Position numbers and translations under genes: made by a program
Notes under the pieces: generated by a model
What the model saw: the letters and a program-made list of their open reading frames with translations, nothing else
What the model was told of the DNA's origin: nothing
Database searches by the model: none
NCBI RefSeq assembly: GCF_009914755.1
Contig: NC_060926.1
Strand: one strand, 5' to 3'
DNA: 64,000 nt
From: the human T2T-CHM13v2.0 reference genome, Homo sapiens
Shown: positions 52,585-64,000 of the stretch, in pieces
How the letters are laid out: every line of letters begins with the position of its first letter
How positions within the stretch are numbered: position 1 is the first letter of the stretch

Positions 52585-52725
52585 ATTAACTCAATCCTTC
52601 CCATGGTACAGATAAAGAAACTGAGGCATAGAGAGATTATATAATTTGCCTGAAGTTGCACAGCTAATAAGTGACTGAGCTGGGATTAGAAGATAAGCTG
52701 TGGGGCTTACGGTATGCAGTCTTAC
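52585..52725 (-). mobile_element. MIR SINE
   Basis: acagataaagaaactgaggcatagagag...cacagctaataagtg. Confidence 0.85.
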
Positions 52726-54489
52726 CCTCTCTGCAAGTCTTGCCTCTCTAAACATTGTGGAGCTGTGCCAGGGCTGGTGTGAGAACTCAAGATAATGTCT
52801 TGGATAAAACATCCTTTTTAAGGGAACTGGTGGTAAGAGGCCTCATTTCCAATGAGTGCTTGTGGCCAATGTGTTACAAGTTTCCCCCAAAAAGTTGTTC
52901 AAGGCCATATCCTTGATAGCAATTTGCTTGCATATGTGAGGTCTGACTTCCATTTAGAACCATATTGTCTCCAGTCCCACTAGCCTGTAGAGATTTTCCC
53001 TTTGGACCTCTTCAGATATTAACGGCCCATGTCAGCAGAAACACTTTAGCCTTTTATTTCCCACTCTGTCCCCTTCCTCAATATTTGTCCCAGTCAAATT
53101 TAGCTTGGGGTGGGAGAGAGTGAAAAAGTGTATGCAGCTAGTCTGCCTTCTGAAATCAAACCTGACACATCTGCTTTCTGCATACTTGAAAAGCCAATAA
53201 CCCTTTGGTTTCCTGAACATTTCACCTTGAAGATCTGGGAAAGAAGAATCAAGAGTGACTCTTCAGGGATCATAATCCTGACCAAAGGCCCCTCCCCAAA
53301 ATATTAATTCATTCTCTCTAATGCTTGCATGACAGTCTAAGGTCACTCCTAAAACATGTCAGCTGCTCTTCAAGCTGATGGAGGTATGTGTCATTAGAGA
53401 CTCTTGTTAAAAGCCCCAAGTACTTCTCACTCTGACCAGGGTGTCAGAGGTAAAAAGTCCATGAGGGTTTTATCTGCTGATCTAGCCAAGCCTTCCACAG
53501 CCACACAACCTCCAGATGGCAAGTTGTCTACCTTTAAGTCACTCTTAGAAGATCTTCAAATGCTTATTGCAAAGATGACATACTTTCCTTGCAGCTCATT
53601 TTACTACATTAAAAACGTTAAACATAAGTGTCTCTTGAGGTGCTTTTTCTCCCTTCAAAAATTATTTCTCTGAATTAAAATGTGTTTATAGAATTTCAGA
53701 CAAGAATTAGGCAATCCCTTCTTTTTCACCTGCCAGTGGATGTCTGAGTGCAGACAGTCTTTCTGAGAGCAGGAGGTCCCCAGGGTTACTAGTGTAATTC
53801 TTTTTACTCCGGGGTGCTCAAGCACAGAATTGCTGACAATCAATTTGCTTTCACATCCTGGCATTAAACTCACTGTATATAAAAGTATCACAAGTATTTT
53901 CAATATAATTCTAAGTAGCGGTGATTTAAAAGGCTTTTTATTGTAGTGAAAAAAATTACAAGGCATAGTAAAAGCTGTACAGCCTATTTGACTGAATCCA
54001 ATCAAACACATGTAAGATACTCCATAACCTCAAAATGGGTAAAAATGACTTAAAAATTAAGAAGGGCAATTGATAGGAGTCTTTTTTATATATGGCAGAT
54101 GAAGCAATATACCTAAACAATATTTTGACCTTCTGGTTTCTAAAAATATGGAATGAATCATAATTTAACTTAGTGCTATAGGAAAGCAGGGACCTTTCAA
54201 AGATATAGCTCTAGCTATAAAACTATAGGTATTGACAACATCGTCGCCTAAGTATACAGCTATTTTTCGAGGCAAAACCAAAAGACTTCTAACAAAATAT
54301 ATGTTATTAGTTGTCAGGAGTACAGATGATGTCTACTGTTGCTGTTTGATTAGAAGGCAGGAAGCATGACTTAGACATCTACAACCACTGCTATTCAAAA
54401 CAGGCACCATTAATATCCAGGTACACACAATACCCTTGAACCTGAACATAAGTATAACATAAATCTAAAAATATTATTATAACTGTCAT

Positions 54490-54558
54490 GCAGTACCTGA
54501 CACATAGTAGGCCCTCAATAAATATTTTTTGAATGAATGAATGAAGGAATAAATAATG
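54490..54558 (+). mobile_element. L2 3' terminus
   Basis: cctgacacatagtaggccctcaataaatattttttgaatgaatgaatgaa. Confidence 0.85.
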
Positions 54559-54873
54559 AACAATATCATAGGCAGTCTGCTTTTCTATACAATTTTAAAA
54601 GAGTTATTTTCACTTTTGTCTTTAAGAGAAATGAGTAAAGCAAATTAGAAAATTGAATTACAAACTGTGGCTTTATAGCTGTTTGATATACAGACTACAA
54701 AACTATCTCTTCTGACTTGGTTCTCAACCACTGGTTCCAAGTCTTCCAGGTGTTTATGCAAAGGCAGGTCTCTCCTCCCACCACCATCAAATGGCATGGT
54801 ACTGAATCCCACAAGAGCTAATGGAAATAAGACTGAGTTTGTTATTTTATTAACTTAAGAGGTAAAAGAAATA

Positions 54874-55060
54874 CAGTTGCCAGATAAAATGCAGGAAGCC
54901 CAATTAGACTGAACGACAGATAAACCATGAATAATATTTTAGTATAAGTCTGTCCTAAATATTGTATGAGACATATTTATACTAAAAATTACTTATGGTT
55001 TATCTGAAAGTCTATGTTAATTTGGTACTATGTATTTTTATTTGTGAAATCTGGCAACCC
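54874..55060 (+). mobile_element. MER53 palindromic hAT MITE
   Basis: gttgccagataaaat...tagtataagtctgtcctaaatattgtatgagacatatttatactaa...aaatctggcaaccc. Confidence 0.85.
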
Positions 55061-55983
55061 CAGAAGGAAAGCAAATGTTCTGACTAAACACCAGTTGTTT
55101 CCATACATCCAGACTCTGGTAGGATAGGTGAACCTTTGAGTAAGAAGCAATGGCACAATTATCCTGATCCATTATTCAGTGATGGCCAACTTTTCGTACT
55201 TCACTAAAATGATATTTTTAAAGACCTTTATCTTGCAGCCATGCTACAAGTTGAATAACGCTTCTAAAGACACTGATAGCATTACATGTAGACAGTGAAA
55301 GATTATGAAAAGTGAAGAAAGCAAAGACAGAAAATATGTCAAAAGGCAGAATAAACATTTTTTACATTAACAGTCCCTTTTAAGAGGATATTGGTAGCTT
55401 ATATGTTTCTATAAACTTATATTCAGATAGATCAAAGATAAAAATGACCTCTCAAAAATCTTGAATTTTGATATAATGTCAACTGTGTTATTATACTGTG
55501 AAAGAAATTTAGTGTTTATGAAAGGTGGCAGATTGATTGATTGATTATTAATATGTATTACGTACCAGTAAGAAGCTAGAGGCTATTCAAACATGCAGGC
55601 CAGGTCTCCATGGCCTAGGAAGGAAGCAGCCTATCTTGGAGTGGTGGGTTACAAGGTCTTAAAAGGTCAGGATGACATATGTTGTTGCCGAGCAGTGAGT
55701 TGAGATATTTGTTCAAATGAGATCTGACAATCCACAAAAGATAGCTCGATAGAAAATCCTTAAAACTAAGTTTATCATCTAAAAACTAAAATTGGAACTT
55801 TTCCTGCTATTTCAACAAAGGGAGGCATTATGTATATATTCATATATATACACATACACACACATATATATGTATAGCTCACAAATATTCTATATATGTG
55901 TATATATACACACGCATCTACGTACATATATATGTATATATATTCTTCTCCCTTCCCTTTGACTGTGTTAATAATCTAGATTT

Positions 55984-56387
<404 letters not shown>

Positions 56388-56534
56388 CTAAGGCCTGAAA
56401 CTGTGAACACAGGGGAACTCACTCATCTTGGTGGGGCTTTGCTTGATAGTTGGACATCAAGGGGGCCCTTGAAATAGAACTATTATGCTCAGAAAACAGA
56501 CATATATATATATATACACATATATATTTCATAA

Positions 56535-56695
56535 AGTTTTCGTAATAACACTGTATGATCGGCATTATTTTTTTGTATTACCAATAATAAACTGATAGGA
56601 TTAAGAGAATTGAAATAGTTGCCCAAGATGACAGAACCAAAACTTGGTGAATCCAAGATTCTAATTCAGGCCTATCTGACTCATGCTGCACTATA
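56535..56695 (-). mobile_element. MIR SINE
   Basis: aaactgatagg...tagttgcccaagatgacag...ctatctgactc. Confidence 0.6.
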
Positions 56696-57134
56696 ATACT
56701 TCTAAATCTGGAACATCTCTTTCACATTAAACAACGTATCAGAATCTTGAACTAGTCAAAGGAAAAGCTTTATTCAAAGGGAAGGCAAACAAGATAATTG
56801 ATTGCTTCTATTTTCAATGAGGGCATTTTCTTAGATTAATTATAAAATGGTGATTCCAAGGCAAATAAAAAGAGTTTCTATCATGAAACTCTTTCAGGTA
56901 ACTCTTGGGGTATGGCATTTTCCAAAATAAATTATTAGAAACACAAAACCTGAAGTTACATTACCCATTTAACACTAAAATTAAAAGCAGAAAGCTAATT
57001 AGGAAAAATAGACTCTGTTACCTTTATTTTCAAGGATTAGAATTCTCTTAAAAGTTACAGCTAAATAAAAAGAAACCATAAAATAGAAACTTTAGATCAC
57101 AGCACAAAATAAACTTCAAATCAGATAGTAACAG

Positions 57135-57370
57135 GCTGTAAAAGCGTGGCTTCTAGGGTCATATAACCCAGATTAAAATCACAACCCCACCTCTTACTAG
57201 TGATGTGATCTTTGCCCCTCTGAGCCACAGTCTCCTCGTCTAGAAAATAAATACGATAATAGAACCTATCTCATAGGGTTGTCATGAAGATTAAATGTAA
57301 TACTCCATGTAACGTACTGGGCATACAGCCTGGCAAATAGCAAGCAGTCAACAAATATTAGCTCTTATTT
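57135..57370 (+). mobile_element. MIR SINE
   Basis: cttactagtgatgtgatc...cctctgagcc...ctcatagggttgtcatgaagattaaatg. Confidence 0.85.
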
Positions 57371-57738
57371 TTATCATCATTACAACCTTTTATTTAAAAT
57401 GGATATGCTGACGTGAAATGAGGGGTTTGCATTTATACCTACATGTTTCAAAGCTAAAGACTCCTGGACACCAAAAACCCCAAAGAGTTTTCTCTAAATA
57501 GATATTAAAATGTTCCTGGCAATAGCTGCTTTTAAATAACTCATTTTCCGAGGCTGAAGCACAGAGTTCAAAATCCCAGGCTAAGCCCATTTATACTGCC
57601 CTGTTGTAAGATGCTGCACACAAAAGTAATTATTTGGCTTGCAGACCCTTTGTCACCCGAAAGCTCCCATAGCCACACAATTAAGTTTAGGCCACTCGGG
57701 GTTTAGCATTCTTTTTCTGAAATGGAGTCCACATGCAT

Positions 57739-57743
<5 letters not shown>

Positions 57744-57787
<44 letters not shown>
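57744..57787. repeat. (TG)22 microsatellite
   Basis: Perfect dinucleotide run. Confidence 0.97.
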
Positions 57788-57794
<7 letters not shown>

Positions 57795-59639
57795 TTCTGG
57801 ATGAATGATACAATCTACAGAAGTAGAGGAAACATTACAATGCTTAAGACTGGGTACTTCAACATCCAATTAGAGTTGGGTGAGTTGTGCGGCAGCCCCA
57901 AAGGCCAGATGCTAAAGTGACCTGGTGCAGCCCAGCACAGGCCATCACCTATCCCTCCTGCATGGAAAGCAGCCTCTAGGGATTCCACTGAGCCACAAAG
58001 CTGAAGACCCAGGCATGCTGCATTTTTTTCCTCCTAAAGAAATTTACATGCTATTTTTCTACCCTGTCCCTGAGCTGGGATATTGAGGTTAAAATGTACC
58101 TACTGAGTAGGTAATGCATTTGGTATTAAGGATCCATCATATGCGTATGTCTTCTGAGCGTAATGGTTCCTTTGGAGCTATTATAGGTATGCCGTGAATA
58201 GATATTAGAAATAATACACAAAGAGTGACTGAAGGAGATCCCATATTAACTACTGTCAGACTTTAAACATTATTCTAAAATAAGTTTTTAATTCCTAGGG
58301 TTTAATACCTCTATACTTTGTAAACTGAGCACTTTTCAAAGAGAGCTCCAAATTCCTACAGAGCTGTCTTTAAGTGAGCTTTGATCTTTGCAGAGCACCT
58401 ATCTTGTGTTTCTATAATTGCTGTGGTTTAACAAGGCTCCCTAGCATGTGAAGGGGGGCAAATCCTTTTATTAAGGCTATAAACCTAACTGACCATAGTG
58501 ACGGAATGTGCAGCTTGGTGGTAGCCCTTGGCTCCCCAGGAAAGAAAAAAAAAATTGAAACCAGGGAGTCTTCATGTTAAAACAAAATGAAATATTTATT
58601 AAACATGTTTCTGGTGTCCCAGGTGGTAAGAGGCTGCCCCGTGGTCCGCTGAAAGGTTTGATCTTTGTTAAGTATTGTGAATGCTGATTTCAATAATGGG
58701 GTGAAAGCTGAGGAAGTTATGGCTGAAATTTTGGCTAAAGATGACAGCTCTAGGTTTCAAGTTGCACAAAGCAGTCTGAGGGATTAAACCAACAAAGCCT
58801 GCTCAAAAGTATTGAGTTTCCAAAAGTGTAATCTTCCTATCAGTGATTCACACTCCTAGGATGGGGAGGATTCCTCATTTTTTACTTTGACTTTGCCATA
58901 TTAATCTTACTTAACAAATACATGTGGTGATTTATATCATGTTTAATTAACTGATTGAGGGCGCCAGTGGTAAAAATGGCATCGCATTAAGCTCTGTCCG
59001 TATGGCAAATTCGAATCACATCCTTAGCCTTGCAAGAACAAAATATCCCGAGAGTCACTGATGACAGGATGTAGGAATTGAAATCAGGTCCCTCCTGTTG
59101 TTTGAGAATCTAGGGAGGGTGCCTGCCATATGCCCATCACTTCCAGGGGGGGAAATGACAGGATAAAAGAAAGGAAGGCTCTAGTTCTTCCAATATGTTC
59201 AAATCTCAGATGAAAATGATTGTGCAGCAGTGCTGTACAGAGGCCAAGATTCACATGAAAGTACATCTCAAACTTTGCAGAGAGCTTAATGAGAGGGTTT
59301 TGTGGTGTTTTGATATGTGGGGTTTTCTTTTGTTTTGTTTTCTGAAATGGCTGCTCAGGGTTTTTGAGAACTGAGAGGCGAAAAAGCTGTCGTTTAGAGT
59401 TAAATATAATAAGCAGGATTTTTTTAATAAAAGAGGGAATTATTATTTAATAAAATATAAGTGCACTATGATTCCATAGAAATCAAATTAGGTTTGAATA
59501 CTAAAACCACACGTTGGGATACTGGTTTTAAAATTAACATCTTTGGAAATTGGAGTTGTCTAATTTTTCCCCTCAAAAATCTATGGTGATTATTTATGAC
59601 ATCTAAAGAAAAAGTATAAATTGATTACTGATAATAATT

Positions 59640-60050
59640 TTGAAATTTTAAAATGCATTTTAAATTGCATGACAACATAATAAAAGTATGAAAAGAGGGT
59701 AAAAAATCCATTTCAATCTTCAATTTGATGATTAACACTTTTGTGCATCCTCTTTTAGTGTTTTGTTTGCATGTGTTAAAATTATAATCATGCTACACCT
59801 TCATCTTGTATCCTTTTTTAACTTAGTATTTTATCCCATATTTCTCATACTGCTTTATACCAATTTTATTGACTGCATAATATTTCATCAAATGAATGTT
59901 GTCATCTTTTCCTAACCAAGCTTCCACTGCTAGATATTAAAATGCCTTCCAATGTTTGCTATTATAAACAATGTTATAAAGAAAATTTTTATATACATGG
60001 CTTTTTCCACATTTTGAATTATTTCCCTGGAGAGATTTCCTATACCTGTT
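59640..60050 (-). mobile_element. L1ME4-like fragment
   Basis: ttgactgcataatatttcatc...ttccaatgtttgctattataaacaatg. Confidence 0.65.
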
Positions 60051-60258
60051 CAGGTTGCCATACTGTTTAGGTTTCTTAAAAGATTGTATAGAAGTAAAGA
60101 CATTTTTCTTCCAAGGAAAAGTAGAAAGTAAAACATTCTATAATGGTGTCATTATACAGGAAAAAAAAAAAATCTTACTTGAAATTAACATGCAATTTAA
60201 GTGATGACTTCACTCCTATAGTAAGTATTGGCGACATGAGAAAAACATTTAATTTTTA

Positions 60259-60321
60259 CTCTAAATTAATTTGTTCTCTAAATGTTGTTCTCTAAATTTA
60301 ATTTGTTCTCTAAATGTTGTG
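60259..60321. repeat. Imperfect ~31-bp tandem duplication
   Basis: ctctaaat(t)taatttgttctctaaatgttgt twice. Confidence 0.85.
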
Positions 60322-63300
60322 TTCTTCTTTAAAATAAGCATATGGTGACAATGAAATAAATTCAGAATTTTCTATTTTGTTTTACTCCTCACTTATTGTT
60401 TTGATTTAGAAAAAAAGTCCTTTCAAGTATAATTTAAGTTTTGAAATTTTTAACAGTTTCCTGGAGGATATTACAAGTGACTATTAAGCCAGCATACAGG
60501 TCACTTTTTAAAATGATCATTATTTTGGTTAAATCTGAAGTATGGTCCTCATAATTAATAATCCTAGATGTTTTCATGGCTTCAATTCAGAATATGATGA
60601 ATTGGGTAAGTTAGGCAATATATTTTAACTAAAACCACTTTGGATTTTGACAAGGAATTCAAACTTTTCAACTGTGCTGTGTTGCTGCATAAGCAGCCTG
60701 TAAAAAGAATAATCACCTCAATTTTTTCAACTTCCTGGAATCATTCAAAACAGAGTAGTTAAGGATTGCTTCATTTGGAAGTAATAAGTTCCAAAACGGT
60801 CTGCCGCAGTATAGTTTAATTACTGGTCTCAATTCTCAACCTTCTAGATTTTCTTAACTATCCTTTTTTTGTTTTCAAACAAAAAATGTACAAACTTAAA
60901 ATTCTATTGGCAGCCTAGTTTATCAAAAAAAGTTAGCTGCTTTATTTAACTTAGTCTATGATTTTATGAAATGCCATCAAATTCAAGTCAAGGGTATATT
61001 AGGGATCAAATAATTTTGGAAGCCAAAAGTGCATTTCCCTAGATGGTTTCTTCCAGCCGATGTTATTATTAGTCTGAGATCATGTAACAGCTTTTGTTTT
61101 CCAAATCTGTTCCTTTCAGTGAAGTCTATTTCTTTGCATAGTTTAAAAACAAAGGATAAACATTCCTTATGGGGCACTGGAAGGAGAAGCAATTCATGTG
61201 AATTTGATAAAACATAATGTACGGGACTGACAGTAAAAAGGCTTTGCTTGTTTGATTGTTGACTGGTTTTGTCTTTAAATAATGGTCTTCTTTTGGCATT
61301 TAATGTATATTTGGTCACAATAAACATAATTTATGAATATTTTAACACATGCATACTCAGTGGGGTGGATTATCATACTGATATAAATAGAATTAATGAG
61401 CAGTCAACCCGCCACATGCCACGACATATGACGGGGCAGCCAGTGCACAGAAATAATCCTCATAGTTTCATAATAAAGCTTTTCTCTTAGTTCAACTTTT
61501 TAAAACTACTTACAGTCTTATGTCCCCTTTCTGTTGGAGTATGGTTCACCAACCTGTGAAACAAGATTAAGATTTTACTACAAGAATCTATTTCTTTGGC
61601 ATTCAAAAAAACAATTTTCTTGCTTTCTCTAAAACAAAATAAATATATTTGAACAAACTAACTCTACTAGGCCAAATTTCAGGGAATAGGTTATAGACAG
61701 ACAAGACATATGTCTACTAGAAAAAAATTGTTATATTCTTTTCTTTTCTTTTTATGACAATAACATGATTATGCTCAATTGCTGCTACCAGATCTTTACA
61801 AGAACAAAAACTTTCTAAATAGTTCTACATTCTAAAACAGATCCGATGGGCATATCGCCTGGATAAAATTATTCTGGAAAAAAAAATCTTCTTAGCCAGT
61901 TATCTGCTCTCCTTGAACACAAAGCAACAATCTGTTAAGCGTGCCTAATAAGATTTTTTTTAAAGGAAAGAACTCAGTAGTATAAAGCCACCTCTTCAAA
62001 TGGTAGGTATTGGGGGGGAGACATGGGCATGCAAAATCTTCAATTTAGCCATGCTTTATTCAACAAATAATTATTTTTGTGAAGAGACAAATTGAAATTT
62101 AAGATTAACCTTCATTTGCCTTATTTCCACAGTTTGATTACAGGCAAAAGTGGGAAAAAATAAAATTAGCATGTGCACTGCATTGTCCAGATGATCTGGC
62201 AGGAGGAGAGCCTTGGCAGAGATATACTATGACTTTTTACAAATGCAGATGGCAGTGTTGCAGCCTTTATTCCTCTTATCTTTCATTTTCAAAGGGAACA
62301 CTCGAAGCTTTTTGCCACCACCCTCCTCTACTCCTATCCTCACATGTAAAAACACTGTATCCCCAAATCAAAGCTCTTTCCTAAAACAGGCAAGCCCCAG
62401 GATGCATCAGGGAAGGGACAGACTGTGACACCATGCTCCTGGTCATCTGTGAGAGAAGTGCACTGTGCTATGTGGGCCAGGGCCTGGTGAACTTGCCCAG
62501 AGTGACTCCCTTGGGGAATCCAGCCCTTTCACCAGCAAAGAAAATGGGCACCACCTAGTGCTTTTTCAACGCAAAGGCTGTTTGTGCTCATGTGGACAAG
62601 AGTGGGCATGCGTTGGCTGACCTTTACAAAGGAAAAAAAAAAAAGGAGTCAGGTGGCTTTAACCCCTATGCCAACTGAAAGAAGAAGCAAGTGACAATCT
62701 TAAGACAAAGGAATTCAGTGCTTCCAAATTATAGATTTCTTTGGTTTTTTTTTTTTTATAATTATTGGTCTGTTCATGAGAAATAACATCTTTACTTACC
62801 AAGACACTAATTTCCTCTGTATCACCTTTTTGCCTCCTCATGTCCTCTGAGGTTAATTTGTAAGAATTTCTAAGAATTTTCATTTGGTCCAAAGTGACAA
62901 AGCAGAACCAGCGCTGGCCCACCCCCACCCCCAAAATCTATTCTAACAAGCAGTCTCTCTGGAGTTCTCCTAACACAACAAATAGCTTTTATGAAAAATG
63001 ATGTGTAGCACAAAATCTTTTGCAGTGCAATAAGATCAAGTTAACCACTCATGCCTCTAGGAAAAAGCCTAGGAAGTTTTATCTGATTGGCAAAATGGAC
63101 CCAGATATGAGTTCAAGGATTGAGTACAGTTTGATGAAATTTCATAGCAATGAAGTCTGATTATCTGAATGATTGCTTAAGCCTTTTAAAACATAACTCG
63201 AGGAAGCACTAGATTTTTCATTGGGAAAACAGATGGTCTTGTAGGGAATCGTAGAACCACCATCTCATGCTGTTTACTTTTTCTGTAATACTTTGCCTAG

Positions 63301-64000
63301 AATTACTCTCACCACTATTGCTTTTTAAAAATAATAATGATTTCTTCATTGCTAAAAGGTAGATCTTTCTGCAATAAAATTAGAAATCTTAGTGGAGGGC
63401 AAGGTGAAGGGCAGAAATGGGAAAAATGAGTAACCTGCTATACCTAACTGGATTAACAAGGACCTGTAACATATCCAGGAACTAACTGGCTGGCTCTGAA
63501 CTCATTAGGGATCTGCTTATCTGTTATGCTGTACAACAGAATCCAGACAAAAAACAGACTGTGAAGAAACGGATTAAAAATGATTGTAACTTCTCTAAGA
63601 GTTCAGTATCTGTGCTAAGCAACTTTGTAGAAGGACTGAAGAAAACAAAGCCCAAGATTCTGAACTTCACTCCACTGCCTATCCCCAAGTTCTGCCGTTA
63701 TAAGATCGCAATAACGCTACTTAGATATAGAACTTTGCAACTGTTTTATGAACTAACCTAAAAAGTCAAACGCACTCTCATCTCTTGGTCATTTTATTGC
63801 TGTAATTTATGATATTAAATAAGTGATTTGTTTAAAATAAATTTTAAAATTTATACCAAGGAGGAAAAATAATCTTAAAATGGGTTTGTTCTATGAGGAG
63901 CAAGAAAAAAAAAATGTGTAGTGAACTGATCTCTTTGAGATTTCACTGGCACAAAATATATCCCTTTAAGCTTAACACTAAATAGGTGATCTTGTCTTGA

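Noticed and set aside
58632-58653. RE1/NRSE-like gctgccccgtggtccgctgaa
   Set aside because: Mismatches and insertions fall within both half-sites.

Overview
AT-rich primate genomic DNA, very likely human: it carries AluY/S/J, FLAM, THE1, L1PA/L1M, MIR, L2, MLT and MER elements. No protein-coding gene, RNA gene, CRISPR array or CpG island can be supported. The ORF-track entries are mostly repeat-derived or chance ORFs. The window looks like a large intron, a lncRNA locus or a regulatory gene desert; I could not identify the locus. Repeat family calls come from recalled consensus sequences and most boundaries are approximate. Best observations: (1) a ~900-bp quasi-palindrome at 45174-46068, made of a ~97%-identical inverted duplication of an old MLT1A0 LTR around an AT-rich, itself palindromic centre, with template-switch scars; (2) a very ancient L2-clade LINE RT fragment at ~51.3-51.66 kb that still translates to recognisable motifs; (3) CR1/L3 RT motifs in one open frame at ~7.3-7.6 kb next to a dense MEIS/TGIF motif cluster; (4) several candidate regulatory elements and cryptic exons. 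I see no evidence for a new multi-gene system.
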